Part shown: one piece after another, positions 63,160 through 64,000 of the stretch
Position numbering within the stretch: the first letter of the stretch is position 1
How the letters are laid out: every line of letters begins with the position of its first letter
Assembly: GCA_964247055.1 (NCBI GenBank)
Contig: OZ176053.1
Coordinates: 8,308,001-8,372,000 of the forward strand
Reading direction: 5' to 3'
DNA: 64,000 nt
DNA from: Paragordius varius
Lineage: Eukaryota > Animalia > Nematomorpha
Program-made: the position numbers and the translations under genes
Notes under the pieces: generated by a model
The model's input: only the letters and a program-made list of their open reading frames with translations
What the model was told of the DNA's origin: nothing
Databases searched by the model: none

Positions 63160-64000
63160 AAAATTCAATGAGGATTCCAGGTATTCCCTGTTATAGTCGT
63201 GCGGTTTTTTATATTCGCTGCTGGGTAAGTAGATACCCCATAAAAACTGCCCCGTCATATCGAAATAGCAAGCTTTTGGGGCTAAATTTTAGAAAACCCA
63301 TCAGACTATATGAGTTCAATAGGTGTTTAAATTACCCATAACAAGTTTAGGTCATGCGGTTTCTTAAAATTAGCCGTTAATTAGGCCCTTCCCGCCCTGA
63401 AAAATGCGCCGCTATCGAATGATTTTTTAGTTATGAGGCAATTTTTCCAAAAACTAATGAGAGCATATGGAATCAATCATGATTCCAGTATTCTCCGTAA
63501 AAAGGCAAAAATTTTAAATAAGCGCTTTTTTGCATCAGCCTCTGAGTAGGGAGCTACCCACCTAAAACTGCGCCATCATATCGAAATCGTTGTTGCCATA
63601 TAAGTTTAATAAGGACCTGAAACATTACCCGTAAAAAGGCAAAAATTTAAGTCGAGCGGTTTTTTAAGAATAGCCTTTAATTAGGCCCTTTACGCCCTAA
63701 AAATGCGCTATCATTGAATAATTATTTAGTTCTGAAGCCATTCTTTCAAAAACTAACATGGAATGAATGATGATTCCAGGTATAGAGATTTTTTTTCGAA
63801 CGTATTTTTTATATTGGCTTCTGAGGGGGCTAAGAAAACTTATCAGGCCACATGAGTTCAAAAAGGGCTTGAAATATTACCCGTAAAAAGGCAAAAATTA
63901 AGTAGGTATTAAATTACCCCTTAATTAGGCCCTTTCCTGAAAAATGCGCCACCATAGAATGACTTTTAGGCTTTGAGGCAATTTTTCGAAAATCCCACGA
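63160..64000. repeat. Diverged tandem repeat, ~240-300-bp unit, about 3 units, running off the window edge
   Basis: TTAATTAGGCCCTT...AAAATGCGC recurs at 63377, 63677 and 63921; GATTCCAG and CCGTAAAAAGGCAAAA also recur. Confidence 0.8.

Overview
AT-rich eukaryotic (animal-like) genomic DNA; the lineage cannot be named from this window. It holds seven protein-coding genes and one tRNA. These are an SRSF2-like RRM/RS gene (-) head-to-head with proteasome beta1/PSMB6 (+), a PTBP-like 4-RRM gene (+), a C1orf131/DUF4602-like gene (-) whose ATG is only 8 nt from the ATG of a GGCT-like gene (+), a 20-exon SCAF4/8-like CID+RRM gene (-), and tRNA-Asp(GTC) (-) just upstream of an intronless SENP8/NEDP1-like gene (+). 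Intergenic DNA and long introns are filled with transposon material: a hAT element with an 8-bp TSD, hAT-, TA- and TTAA-flanked MITEs, RTE-like and other LINE remnants, a Penelope-like GIY-YIG fragment, a Ty3/Gypsy pol relic and a ~300-bp tandem repeat. Four signals stand out. (1) Six GT-AG micro-introns of 23-28 nt in three genes, invisible in the ORF track, coexist with introns of up to ~1.5 kb. (2) A compact HDV-like ribozyme fold starts exactly at the TSD-defined 5' end of an RTE element. (3) The hAT transposase is followed inside its own TIRs by an inverted, deletion-riddled copy of itself. (4) Inverted pairs of TE fragments recur through the window. Splice sites, alignments and structures were derived by eye; no database search or folding program was run.
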